From: Deltaproteobacteria bacterium
GTDB lineage: Bacteria; Myxococcota; UBA727; JABDBI01
DNA: 32,888 bases
Direction of reading: 5' to 3'
Assembly (NCBI GenBank): GCA_016764955.1
Contig: JAESQZ010000163.1
Coordinates: forward strand, 1 to 32,888
Of the stretch, positions 1 through 8,466 are shown one piece after another. Position 1 is the stretch's first letter. Every line of letters starts with the position of its first letter. The notes under the pieces are model-generated. The model saw only the letters and a list, made by a program, of their open reading frames with translations, was not told the DNA's origin and searched no databases. Position numbers and translations under genes: made by a program.

Positions 1-143
1 GAGAAGATTAGCTAATTAATTGTTTTTCGAACTCTTCAGACATCTTCTCTTGTAAGTGTTTGTATCGTTTGGAATGTGGGGAATTAGTTAGGGAGCAGAG
101 CTGAAGTGGGCGGAGCCTGTCAGCAGTGACAAAAGCAAAAAAA

Positions 144-1136
144 ATGCTTCAAGACAAATCAATACTGATTACCGGTGGAACAGGATCTTTTGGGCAGGCC
201 TTTGTTGGAACTGTCTTAAAGAAATATCCTGGAATTAAACGCCTGGTGATTTATTCGCGCGATGAGCTCAAGCAGTTTGAGATGTCTCAAAAATTTTCTG
301 ATCGAGAATACACAGGGCTTCGTTATTTTATTGGTAATATTAGAGATTTAAGCCGACTGCAGCGTGCAATGGAGGGTATTGATATTGTCGTGCATGCTGC
401 AGCAATGAAACAGGTTCCTACAGCGGAGTATAATCCATTCGAGTGCATCAAAACGAATATTTTGGGTGCACAGAATGTTATCGAGGCTTGTTTAGATAGA
501 GGTGTTCAACGCGTGGTGGCTTTATCAACTGATAAAGCTGCGGCGCCGATTAATCTTTACGGAGCCACTAAGCTTTGTTCGGACAAGCTTTTTATCGCTG
601 CAAATCATATCAAAGGGACCCGAGATCTTCGATTCAGCGTAGTGCGTTATGGTAATGTGATGGGAAGTCGTGGTTCTGTGATCCCCTTATTTCTAGAAAA
701 ACGTAAAACAGGTATTTTGCCTATAACGGATCCTGAGATGACTCGTTTTAATATCACGCTTAAAGAAGGTGTTGAAACGGTTCTGTGGGCGCTTGAAAAT
801 TCTTGGGGTGGTGAGATTATTATTCCAAAGATTCCGTCATATCGAATCACAGATGTTGCCAGGGCTATTGGTCCTGAATGTGAGCAGGTGGTGATCGGCC
901 TCAGGCCTGGTGAGAAAATTCACGAAGAGATGATTACGATGGCCGATAGCCCTAATGCTGTTGACATCGGTAGGTGTTACATGGTCTTACCAGGGGGCCT
1001 TTCGTATTCTTTAGATGAGTATTGTCAGCGCACAGATGCAAAGCCTGTTCCAGCGGGGTTTAGCTATAATAGTGGTACGAATGGGTCTTTTTTGAGGGTT
1101 GAAGAGCTGCAAGAGTTAATCAGGATACACGTTTGA
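144..1136 (+). CDS. pseB: UDP-N-acetylglucosamine 4,6-dehydratase (inverting), PseB/FlaA1 type
   Basis: The N-terminus MLQDKSILITGGTGSFGQAF is a Rossmann motif. The ~330-aa extended-SDR layout is typical of PseB/FlaA1/CapD. It is the first gene of a full pse set. The ORF opens at GTG 126, but ATG 144 gives the family-typical N-terminus. Confidence 0.85.
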   Translation: MLQDKSILITGGTGSFGQAFVGTVLKKYPGIKRLVIYSRDELKQFEMSQKFSDREYTGLRYFIGNIRDLSRLQRAMEGIDIVVHAAAMKQVPTAEYNPFECIKTNILGAQNVIEACLDRGVQRVVALSTDKAAAPINLYGATKLCSDKLFIAANHIKGTRDLRFSVVRYGNVMGSRGSVIPLFLEKRKTGILPITDPEMTRFNITLKEGVETVLWALENSWGGEIIIPKIPSYRITDVARAIGPECEQVVIGLRPGEKIHEEMITMADSPNAVDIGRCYMVLPGGLSYSLDEYCQRTDAKPVPAGFSYNSGTNGSFLRVEELQELIRIHV

Positions 1137-2455
1137 AAATCGTGATTCGTGCAGATGCTTCAAAGCTAATTGGAAGCGGCCATGTGATGCGTTGCCTCAC
1201 ACTTGCAGAAGGCTTGCGTGAGCGTGGTGCACAGGTATCTTTTATATCGCAGCACTGTGATGGTGATTTATGTGATCTGATTTCGCAAAAAGGGTTTAAG
1301 ATCAGAGAAAGTTGGGTTGAGAGGTTTAAGCCAGATTGGCTTATTGTCGATCACTATGAGCTGGGTGAAGACTGGGAACACTCCATGCGCTCCCACGTAA
1401 AACGTATCATGGTGATTGATGACTTGGCACGGCCTCATGATTGCGATGTGCTTTTAGACCAAAATCTGGTGGCTAATTTTGGGACGAGATATGTAGGAAA
1501 GGTTCCAGGAAGCTGCGCATTGCTGCTCGGTCCTCAGTACGCCCTCTTACAGCCTATTTATCGAGAGTTGCACGACAGAACTCCTCCAAGAGAAGGACCA
1601 ATCAAGCGAATCATGATTTCTTTTGGTGGTGGTGATGTTGCTGGCATGACGGATTTTGCATTAGATACTGTGCAAAGTCTGAAATGCATAGATGTCAAAG
1701 TCGATGTAGTTCAGCCGGGAGATAATCTGCCAAGCTTAGCGCCACTCATAGCCAGGGCTGATTTGGCAATCGGAGCAGCAGGCACAACAGCGTGGGAACG
1801 TTTATGTCTTGGGCTGCCGAGCTTAGTGATTACAGTTGCCGACAATCAGGTCCCCACAGCCAAAGAATTGTGTCAACGTGAGTTGATTCGGTGGGTGAGT
1901 CATCCAGAGGATTTAAAGACAGAGCTTGCAAAAGTATTGGATGTTGGCCTGGATGCAAGCTGGTCAAAGCATTGCTCAAGTATAGTAGATGGGTGTGGGC
2001 TTGAACGTATATTGGCAGTACTGATGGCTCATCGTGATATGCTCCTTCGAGTTCGAGCTGCAATTCTCCAAGATGAAGAACTCTTGTTGGAATGGGTCAA
2101 TGATCCTTTGGTTAGAATAAATTCGTTTGATTCAGATAAAATAATGCCTGTGCATCACCGGGAATGGTTTTATAGACGCCTAAGAGATTTAGACAACTGT
2201 CGGATCTATGTAGTCGAGACAGAAACAGGTGTTCCTGTCGGGCAAGTGCGGTTTGAACGGCGGGAAGAAAAATGGGAGCTTAATTATTCGCTGGGATCTG
2301 TTTTTCGAGGAAAGGGTCTTGGGAAACTGGTGGTCGAGCAAGCTTTAGCAAAACTGCATTCAGAGCTGGGGCGGGTCCAAGTATTTGCTCAGACTAAAGA
2401 TACAAATGAAGCTTCTAAAAAAATATGTGCCTCCCTGGGGTTATTGTGCGAATAG
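1133..2455 (+). CDS. pseG: Fusion protein: PseG (UDP-2,4-diacetamido-2,4,6-trideoxy-beta-L-altropyranose hydrolase) plus a C-terminal PseH-like GNAT N-acetyltransferase
   Basis: N-terminal ~300 aa: MKIVIRADASKLIGSGHVMRCLTLA, ISFGGGD and AIGAAGTTAWERLCLGLP are PseG hallmarks. C-terminal ~135 aa (from about nt 2040): LLEWVNDP...HREWF...GQVRF...FRGKGLGK is a GNAT/PseH pattern. TTG start at 1133 overlaps the pseB stop (TTGA). Confidence 0.8.
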   Translation: MKIVIRADASKLIGSGHVMRCLTLAEGLRERGAQVSFISQHCDGDLCDLISQKGFKIRESWVERFKPDWLIVDHYELGEDWEHSMRSHVKRIMVIDDLARPHDCDVLLDQNLVANFGTRYVGKVPGSCALLLGPQYALLQPIYRELHDRTPPREGPIKRIMISFGGGDVAGMTDFALDTVQSLKCIDVKVDVVQPGDNLPSLAPLIARADLAIGAAGTTAWERLCLGLPSLVITVADNQVPTAKELCQRELIRWVSHPEDLKTELAKVLDVGLDASWSKHCSSIVDGCGLERILAVLMAHRDMLLRVRAAILQDEELLLEWVNDPLVRINSFDSDKIMPVHHREWFYRRLRDLDNCRIYVVETETGVPVGQVRFERREEKWELNYSLGSVFRGKGLGKLVVEQALAKLHSELGRVQVFAQTKDTNEASKKICASLGLLCE

Positions 2456-3486
2456 GGAACCGGGTAATTGGTGTCAATGAAACACCATTTATTATTGCCG
2501 AGATGTCTGGCAATCATAATCGGTCTCTAGAACGAGCATTTGAGATTGTGAAAGCAGCTGCTCAAGCAGGAGCTCATGCACTGAAGCTGCAAACCTACAC
2601 AGCAGACACGATGACGCTGGACCTGTCTGAACGCGAGTTTTTTATTAGCGATGATAAAAGCTTATGGACTGGCAAAAGTTTGCATGAGTTATATCAGCAG
2701 GCCTATACACCCTGGGAATGGCATAAACCGATTTTTGATTTGTGTCGAGAACTTGATTTAATCGCTTTTAGTACGCCTTTTGATGAAACAGCGGTGGACT
2801 TTTTAGAATCTCTTGATGTGCCTTGTTATAAAATTGCTTCGTTTGAAAATACGGATATTGCATTGATTCAAAAAGTAGCTGCTACTGGTAAGCCAATGAT
2901 TATCTCTACCGGAATGGCTAGTGTGGGTGAACTGAGTGAGACAGTTTGTGCCGCTCGAGAAGCAGGATGTAAAGAACTGGTCTTGTTGAAGTGCACGAGT
3001 ACTTATCCGGCCTCACCAGAAAATACGAACCTACGCGCAATTCCACACATGCGAGAGTTGTTTAACTGTGAAGTAGGGCTGTCAGACCATACGATGGGTG
3101 TAGGGGCATCTGTAGGCGCTATCGCTCTGGGTGCGACGGTGATTGAAAAACATTTTACGCTGAATCGCGCTGATGGAGGTGTGGATAGTGCTTTCTCATT
3201 AGAGCCAAAAGAAATGGCAATGCTGGTGACTGAGACTCGGTGTGTTTGGAAGGCGCTTGGGACCGTTAGATATGGGGCGACAGAAGCTGAAAAAGCTTCC
3301 CGTGTTTTTAGGCGTTCGCTTTATGTGGCTCAAGATTTACAAGCAGGTGAAGTTTTGACCCGGCAGAATCTTCGGGCGATTAGACCTGGACATGGTTTAG
3401 CGCCTAAGTATCTTAAGAATCTACTGGGTAGAAAAGTGAGTCAGCCGGTTAAAAGAGGCACCCCAATGCAGTGGGAGCTTGTTTGA
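2425..3486 (+). CDS. pseI: Pseudaminic acid synthase (NeuB family, with SAF/antifreeze-like C-terminal domain)
   Basis: Motifs PFIIAEMSGNHN, YKIASFE, ISTGMA, LLKCTSTYPA, GLSDHT and IEKHFTL, plus C-terminal IRPGHGLAPKY. An alternative GTG start at 2446 (VRIGNRVIG...), preceded by GGGG, may be the true start. Confidence 0.9.
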   Translation: MCLPGVIVRIGNRVIGVNETPFIIAEMSGNHNRSLERAFEIVKAAAQAGAHALKLQTYTADTMTLDLSEREFFISDDKSLWTGKSLHELYQQAYTPWEWHKPIFDLCRELDLIAFSTPFDETAVDFLESLDVPCYKIASFENTDIALIQKVAATGKPMIISTGMASVGELSETVCAAREAGCKELVLLKCTSTYPASPENTNLRAIPHMRELFNCEVGLSDHTMGVGASVGAIALGATVIEKHFTLNRADGGVDSAFSLEPKEMAMLVTETRCVWKALGTVRYGATEAEKASRVFRRSLYVAQDLQAGEVLTRQNLRAIRPGHGLAPKYLKNLLGRKVSQPVKRGTPMQWELV

Positions 3487-4625
3487 TTCCATACGCACGT
3501 CAGAATATTAGTCAGTCAGATATCGATGCAGTGATTGCTGTATTGAAATCTGATTTTTTAACACAAGGGCCAGCTGTTCCGGCATTCGAACAAGCAGTTG
3601 CTGAATATTGCAGGGCCAAACACGGAGTTGCGGTGAATAGTGCGACATCTGCGTTGCATGTCGCCTATTTGGCGCTTGGCCTAGGGCCGGGTGATATTTT
3701 GTGGACATCGCCAAATACTTTTGTGGCTTCAGCAAACTGCGGGCTTTACTGTGGAGCAAAAGTGGATTTCGTAGATATTGATCCTGAGACTCTGAACATG
3801 AGTGTTTCGGCTTTGCAGGAGAAACTTGAGTTGGCCGAAATCAGGGGTTGCTTGCCGAAAGTAGTCGTGCCAGTGCATTTTGCAGGCCAATCTTGCCAAA
3901 TGCGCGAGATTAAAATGTTGTCTCAGCGTTATGGGTTCAAAATTATAGAAGATGCTTCTCATGCTATTGGGGGAAAGTATCTAGGTAAGCCCGTAGGGTG
4001 TTGTGAATATTCAGATATCACCGTGTTTAGTTTTCATGCAGTGAAAATCATGACGACCGGCGAAGGCGGTATGGCGATGACCAATGACTTAGCATTAGCT
4101 GAAAAAATGCAGCTCTTTAGAAGCCACGGCATCACGCGTGATTTCCCCCCTTTGAAAAAGGGGGGTAGGGGGGATTTATGGTATTACGAACAAATCACCC
4201 TTGGCCACAACTACCGCATGACAGATATCCAAGCAGCATTAGGTTTAAGCCAGCTTAAGCGTTTAGATGAATTTGTCGCTTGCCGAAGGCGACTAGCAAC
4301 TCGGTATACCAAAGAGTTTAAAGAAGCATCAGTTAAGATGCAGTGCCAACATGAAAATACAGATCCTGCTTGGCACTTGTATGTGATTCGAGTCCGAGAA
4401 CGCGATCGAGTGTTTGCTGCTTTGCGTGAGAAGGGTATTGGGGTGAATGTGCACTATATCCCTGTACACACGCAGCCATATTATCAAAAGCTTGGTTTCA
4501 AGTGGGGGAATTTTCCACAAGCTGAAAGCTATTATCAAGAGGCTATGACATTGCCGCTGTATGTTGGACTGAATGAAGAGCAACAGGAGAGTGTGATTGC
4601 GAACTGTCGCGATTATACAAGCTAG
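3471..4625 (+). CDS. pseC: UDP-4-amino-4,6-dideoxy-N-acetyl-beta-L-altrosamine transaminase (DegT/DnrJ/EryC1 family, PLP-dependent)
   Basis: IPYARQNISQSDIDAV...FLTQGP, DASHAIGG, SFHAVKIMTTGEGG (PLP lysine) and WYYEQ..LGHNYRMTDIQAALG. The start is GTG 3471 or TTG 3483. The latter forms a TTGA overlap with the pseI stop. Confidence 0.85.
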   Translation: MGACLIPYARQNISQSDIDAVIAVLKSDFLTQGPAVPAFEQAVAEYCRAKHGVAVNSATSALHVAYLALGLGPGDILWTSPNTFVASANCGLYCGAKVDFVDIDPETLNMSVSALQEKLELAEIRGCLPKVVVPVHFAGQSCQMREIKMLSQRYGFKIIEDASHAIGGKYLGKPVGCCEYSDITVFSFHAVKIMTTGEGGMAMTNDLALAEKMQLFRSHGITRDFPPLKKGGRGDLWYYEQITLGHNYRMTDIQAALGLSQLKRLDEFVACRRRLATRYTKEFKEASVKMQCQHENTDPAWHLYVIRVRERDRVFAALREKGIGVNVHYIPVHTQPYYQKLGFKWGNFPQAESYYQEAMTLPLYVGLNEEQQESVIANCRDYTS

Positions 4626-5292
4626 ATTGGGTTCTACACGTTTGCCGGCCAAGATTATGCTTGACTTGGGTGGTAAGACTGCGCTTGAACGTTGTCTTGA
4701 ACGCGTTTCGCGTTTTAGAGGGTTATCAGAAATCGTTTTGGCTACGACCAGAGAAGCTCAGGATGATTTGGTGGTAGCACTAGCAAAGCGTTTAGATGTT
4801 CGTATTTATCGAGGTGATGAAAAAGACGTTTTGAGGCGATATGTAGAGGCTGCGCGTGAAGCTCAGGCAGATATAGTTGTAAGATGTACGTCGGATTGTC
4901 CCTTGTTAGACCCTGAAACATCTTCGAAAGTAATTGAAACTTTTTTGAATCGGCATGTAAGCATGGATCCAGTTGACTATGTATCCAATAACCTTGAGCG
5001 ATATTTGCCGCTTGGTCTTGATACGGAAGTATTCTCTATGAGTGCTCTTGAAAAAGCAAATCGAATAGCAGATGATGCCAGTGAACGAGAACATGTGACT
5101 ATAGCCATGTATCGCCGTCCAGAAGAGTTTAGGTGTATTCCTGTAAGATTGAATGAGCTAGGAGATCTTTCAGGGCATAGGTGGACGTTGGATACGCTTG
5201 CTGATTATCATTTTCTGGCGTCGGTTTTTAACAAACTGGGGGCTTCGGCAGATATGGCTTCCATGAAAGATGTTCTTCGTGCAGCGAATTAA
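4597..5292 (+). CDS. pseF: Cytidylyltransferase, SpsF/PseF-like (predicted CMP-pseudaminic acid synthetase)
   Basis: The TTG-start N-terminus MRTVAIIQARLGSTRLPAK is typical of SpsF-type acylneuraminate cytidylyltransferase-family proteins. It sits directly after pseC in a pse set. Substrate is inferred from context only. Confidence 0.7.
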   Translation: MRTVAIIQARLGSTRLPAKIMLDLGGKTALERCLERVSRFRGLSEIVLATTREAQDDLVVALAKRLDVRIYRGDEKDVLRRYVEAAREAQADIVVRCTSDCPLLDPETSSKVIETFLNRHVSMDPVDYVSNNLERYLPLGLDTEVFSMSALEKANRIADDASEREHVTIAMYRRPEEFRCIPVRLNELGDLSGHRWTLDTLADYHFLASVFNKLGASADMASMKDVLRAAN

Positions 5293-5896
5293 AGCCTGTA
5301 TTCTCAACTATGGCAGCGGGAATGTTGGGTCTGTTTTGAACATGCTTATGCTGTTGAAGGTAGATGTGATTATTTCGAATGAGCACACAGATATTCAAGG
5401 CGCTACCCATCTTATTTTGCCTGGAGTGGCGGCATTTGGGTCAGCCATGGAGAAGATTAAAAAGACTATCCCGTTGGATATTGTCTCCAGAGAAGTTCAT
5501 CAGATAAAAAAACCGTTTTTGGGAATCTGTGTTGGGATGCAAATATTAGCCGACAAGGGTTTTGAATTCGAAGAATATGATGGATTGGGATGGATATCTG
5601 GGGAAGTTAAAAAAATAGACGCTGGGGAGCTAATTCTGCCTCATGTTGGCTGGAACGAGTTGATTCCCAGAAGCTCATCAAACCTGATGCAGCGTATTGA
5701 GGGCCATTCAGATGTTTATTTTACGCATAGTTACGCATTTCATGCAAAAGACCCAAGTCATATTGTGGCGGAGACAAAATATGGTCAGTGCTTCCCCTCG
5801 GTGATCCAGAAGGACAATATTTGTGGTGTTCAATTTCACCCCGAGAAAAGTCAAAAGATTGGAATGGCCATTGTGAAAAATTTCTTGAGCATGTGA
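5270..5896 (+). CDS. hisH: Glutamine amidotransferase subunit, HisH-like (LPS-locus paralogue, WbuY type)
   Basis: NYGSGNVGSV, GICVGMQIL (nucleophile Cys) and VQFHPEKS (His-Glu of the triad). The true start may be GTG 5279. Confidence 0.8.
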   Translation: MFFVQRIKACILNYGSGNVGSVLNMLMLLKVDVIISNEHTDIQGATHLILPGVAAFGSAMEKIKKTIPLDIVSREVHQIKKPFLGICVGMQILADKGFEFEEYDGLGWISGEVKKIDAGELILPHVGWNELIPRSSSNLMQRIEGHSDVYFTHSYAFHAKDPSHIVAETKYGQCFPSVIQKDNICGVQFHPEKSQKIGMAIVKNFLSM

Positions 5897-6729
5897 TGAA
5901 AAAGAAACGGCTGATTCCAGTATTATTGCTCAAGGATGGCTTTTTGGTCCAGAGCCGTAGTTTTTCAACCTATCGAAATTTGGGAAACCCTGTTACTGCG
6001 ACGAAACGTCTCAATGCGTGGGGACCAGATGAGATTATTTATTTGGATATTTCAAAATCAGATAATTATGATCTCCGTAGGGACGATATTAAACATCCAA
6101 ATCGTAACAACTTCTTAGACATTCTTGAAGATGTGGCTCAGGTGACGTTTGCGCCGATTACCATCGGGGGAAAGGTTCGGGCACTTAGAGATGTCGAACA
6201 GCGCTTAAGAAAAGGTGCAGATAAGGTATCTATTAATACGAAGGCACTTGAAGAACCTCGGTTTATCACTGAAATGGCCAATGAGTTTGGTTCTCAGTGC
6301 GTTGTGGTATCGATGGATGTCAAAATCATCGATGGTGAACATCGGGTGATGGCTCATGGGGGTATGAAGGAGATGCGCTATGATCCAGTTGAATGGGCTC
6401 ATATTGTGCAGAATTCTGGGGCTGGCGAGATATTGCTAAATTCGGTGGATAGAGATGGCCAAAAGGTAGGTTTTGATATTGAATTAATAGACAAAGTATC
6501 ATCGAGAGTACGAATTCCAGTAATTGCCCTGGGAGGGGCAGGTGAATGGGAGCATTTTGCAGAGGTATTTTTGAGAACCAAGGCAGATGCTGTGGCTGCT
6601 GCCAACTTGTTTCAGCACATGGAGCAGAGTCTCTATCTAATTAAAAAGCAATTGCACGATCATGAATTCCCCGTAAGGCGTCCATTTATTTCTGAGGATC
6701 TTGCTAATGAAAAACATGACCTATTGTAA
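5896..6729 (+). CDS. hisF: Cyclase/synthase subunit, HisF-like (LPS-locus paralogue, WbuZ type)
   Basis: MKKKRLIPVLLLKDGFLVQS...IYLDIS...IGGKV...SVDRDG...IALGGAG is a (beta/alpha)8 HisF pattern. ATG 5896 abuts the hisH stop (TGATG). The ORF-track extension back to 5788 overlaps hisH and is unlikely to be coding. Confidence 0.8.
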   Translation: MKKKRLIPVLLLKDGFLVQSRSFSTYRNLGNPVTATKRLNAWGPDEIIYLDISKSDNYDLRRDDIKHPNRNNFLDILEDVAQVTFAPITIGGKVRALRDVEQRLRKGADKVSINTKALEEPRFITEMANEFGSQCVVVSMDVKIIDGEHRVMAHGGMKEMRYDPVEWAHIVQNSGAGEILLNSVDRDGQKVGFDIELIDKVSSRVRIPVIALGGAGEWEHFAEVFLRTKADAVAAANLFQHMEQSLYLIKKQLHDHEFPVRRPFISEDLANEKHDLL

Positions 6730-7903
6730 GCAGTGTGTGTATCCATCGATGTCAGTTAATCTTTACATTGGCGAAGATGGGGTATGCTCAGCCTGTGATG
6801 TTGCTGAAAAGTTTGAGTTTCTGACACCTGAATTTTGGAAAAAGAGAGAAGACAAGTTTGTTAAACTGATTTCTGAGGCATTAGAACGTAACACCTCTCA
6901 CTATGACTGTATTATTCCCGTGAGTGGTGGAAAAGATAGTTACTTCCAGACACATCTAATGGTTAACAAATACGGCTTGAAACCGCTACTAGTGACCTAT
7001 CATGGCAATAACTATCTTTCTGAAGGCGACTACAACCGCGATCGAATGCGCCATGTTTTCGATGCGGATCATTTGGTGATGGGTCCCAGTGTAGAAGTGC
7101 TAAAGAAGTTAAACCGTATTTGTTTTCGAAAAATGGGCGATATGAATTGGCATGCCCATTGCGGCATTATGACTTTTCCCATCATTGCAGCAGTTCGTTT
7201 CCAGGTTCCATTAATTATCTGGGGAGAAGCATCATGGGATATATCCGGTATGCATGAACCCGATGATTTTGTGGAGTTCAGTGCCAGAACACGACATGAA
7301 CATTGTCTTCGAGGTTTTGAATGGTTTGATATGCTGGATGATGAGCAAGATAGACTTTCCGAGAAAGATCTAAGCTGGGCAAAATATCCATCTGACAACG
7401 AAATTTTGAAACTGGGAGTCCGGGGAATATATGTAGGCAATTTTTTCAAATGGGATCCGAATCAACAAACTCAATTAATGAAAGATTTGTATGGATGGAA
7501 AGAGGCCGAAAAACCATTTGAACGCACTTATCGAAAGATGTCTAATTTGGATGATCGATATGAAAATGGAATTCATGATTTGCTTAAATTTATTAAATTC
7601 GGTTATGGGCGATGTTCAGACCATGTCTCAAAAGACATTCGGCTCGGTTATATGACGCGGGAAGAAGGGGCCGAGCTTGTCAGAAAATATGACCCTGTTG
7701 TATCGTCTGATCTTCAGTATTGGTTGAAATATGTCGACATAACTGAGGAAGAATTTTGGAAGACAGCTGATAAATTTCGAGACCCTAGAGTTTGGTGGAT
7801 TAAAGATAAAAAGTGGTGGAAAGATAATCTTTGGGGGAGCAGTTCTTCCTACGGAGAGGTACATCTGAGTCGGGTGGAACAAGAGAAGTATGCCTCCTGC
7901 TAG
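6707..7903 (+). CDS. pseA: N-acetyl sugar amidotransferase (PP-loop ATP pyrophosphatase; PseA/WbpG/WbuX/LfnA family)
   Basis: YCKQCVYPS...GVCSAC (zinc-ribbon-like N-terminus) and IIPVSGGKDSY (SGGxDS PP-loop). It directly follows the hisH/hisF paralogues, the classical trio arrangement. ATG 6707 has GAGGA 8 nt upstream. Confidence 0.8.
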   Translation: MKNMTYCKQCVYPSMSVNLYIGEDGVCSACDVAEKFEFLTPEFWKKREDKFVKLISEALERNTSHYDCIIPVSGGKDSYFQTHLMVNKYGLKPLLVTYHGNNYLSEGDYNRDRMRHVFDADHLVMGPSVEVLKKLNRICFRKMGDMNWHAHCGIMTFPIIAAVRFQVPLIIWGEASWDISGMHEPDDFVEFSARTRHEHCLRGFEWFDMLDDEQDRLSEKDLSWAKYPSDNEILKLGVRGIYVGNFFKWDPNQQTQLMKDLYGWKEAEKPFERTYRKMSNLDDRYENGIHDLLKFIKFGYGRCSDHVSKDIRLGYMTREEGAELVRKYDPVVSSDLQYWLKYVDITEEEFWKTADKFRDPRVWWIKDKKWWKDNLWGSSSSYGEVHLSRVEQEKYASC

Positions 7904-8011
7904 AGAGTATGTTCGATTGAATGAGCGCAATGCAATCTTATGAATCTTTAGGTGAAGAAGTAATTGTACTGGTTCCTCCTGGAAGTTCGATTTTAGTTGG
8001 GTTTGAACGGG

Positions 8012-8107
8012 CTAAAAAACACCTGGTTTGGGTCTGATCTGCTCCCGCAAATGCGCATTCGGAGCAAAGACGCCCGCATAGCGGATCATATGCTTGCGGG
8101 GAGTTTC
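8012..8107 (-). mobile_element. Relic of an IS91-family (Y2 rolling-circle) transposase C-terminus; non-functional fragment
   Basis: Minus-strand translation from 8101 down to 8012 reads PRKHMIRYAGVFAPNAHLREQIRPKPGVF-stop. This resembles the conserved RY.GV.APN..LR C-terminal block of IS91/IS801/ISCR transposases. Stops close the frame immediately upstream, so only about 30 codons survive. Confidence 0.4.
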
Positions 8108-8340
8108 TCTTCAGCTTCCTGACGAGCCTGCTTGAGTTCTGAGAGGCTTTCGACGGGCTTCTCAGTTTAAAACAACCCCATAGAGTTTAGCAGTAGCCTG
8201 CGTAAGCCATTTGGCGCCTTGTGAAAGGTAGTAACTCACATAGCTTTGAATAATTTTATTGTTGTGACCGACAAATAAAACAATGCAGATGCAATTTAAG
8301 AAATTCCTCATTGTGAGTGAGTATGCCGGAGGCTTTTTCT

Positions 8341-8466
8341 ATGCATGCTGAACAGTATCAAGAAGATTTGCACTATCCAGAGTTTCGCCTAACTATTGAC
8401 TACAGGGAGGATTTACAACTGATTAAAGAGATCTGTAAGACTTTACACCATGAAACCAAAGAATAA
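8341..8466 (+). pseudogene. 3' fragment of a second SpsF/PseF-like cytidylyltransferase gene
   Basis: It translates to MHAEQYQEDLHYPEFRLTIDYREDLQLIKEICKTLHHETKE-stop. The block FRLTIDYREDLQLIKEI parallels HRWTLDTLADYHFLASV near the C-terminus of the intact pseF. No nucleotidyltransferase N-terminal part lies upstream. Its 3' end overlaps the start of the second pseI. Confidence 0.5.

Noticed and set aside
108-120. GGGCGGAGCCTGT just upstream of pseB resembles the RfaH ops/JUMPStart core GGCGGTAG found in leaders of long polysaccharide operons. GGCGGTGG also occurs at about 14174 and 15735.
   Set aside because: The upstream motif matches only the first five bases in register, or needs a 1-nt gap, and lacks the critical T. 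The other two lie inside coding sequence for Gly-rich motifs. This is not enough for a call.
4145-4173. A near-perfect hairpin C6-TTTGAAAAA-G6, followed by a second G6 run, inside pseC. It encodes DFPPLKKGGRGDL. It looked like an inserted palindromic element or an intragenic structure.
   Set aside because: The encoded loop has the usual length for the variable segment between HGITRD and WYYEQ in PseC-type transaminases, so nothing appears inserted. The reading frame is intact. Any regulatory role would be pure speculation.
5788-5895. The ORF-track N-terminal extension of the hisF-like ORF, 36 codons overlapping the end of hisH.
   Set aside because: The extension has no similarity to HisF N-termini. 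ATG 5896 gives the canonical MKKKRLIPVLL start and abuts the hisH stop. The extension is just open frame.
7920-8039. A 39-codon ORF (MSAMQSYESLGEEVIVLVPPGSSILVGFERAKKHLVWV) in the junction region.
   Set aside because: It has no recognisable motif and no RBS. It overlaps the minus-strand transposase relic. It is most likely non-coding debris and is mentioned only within the junction finding.
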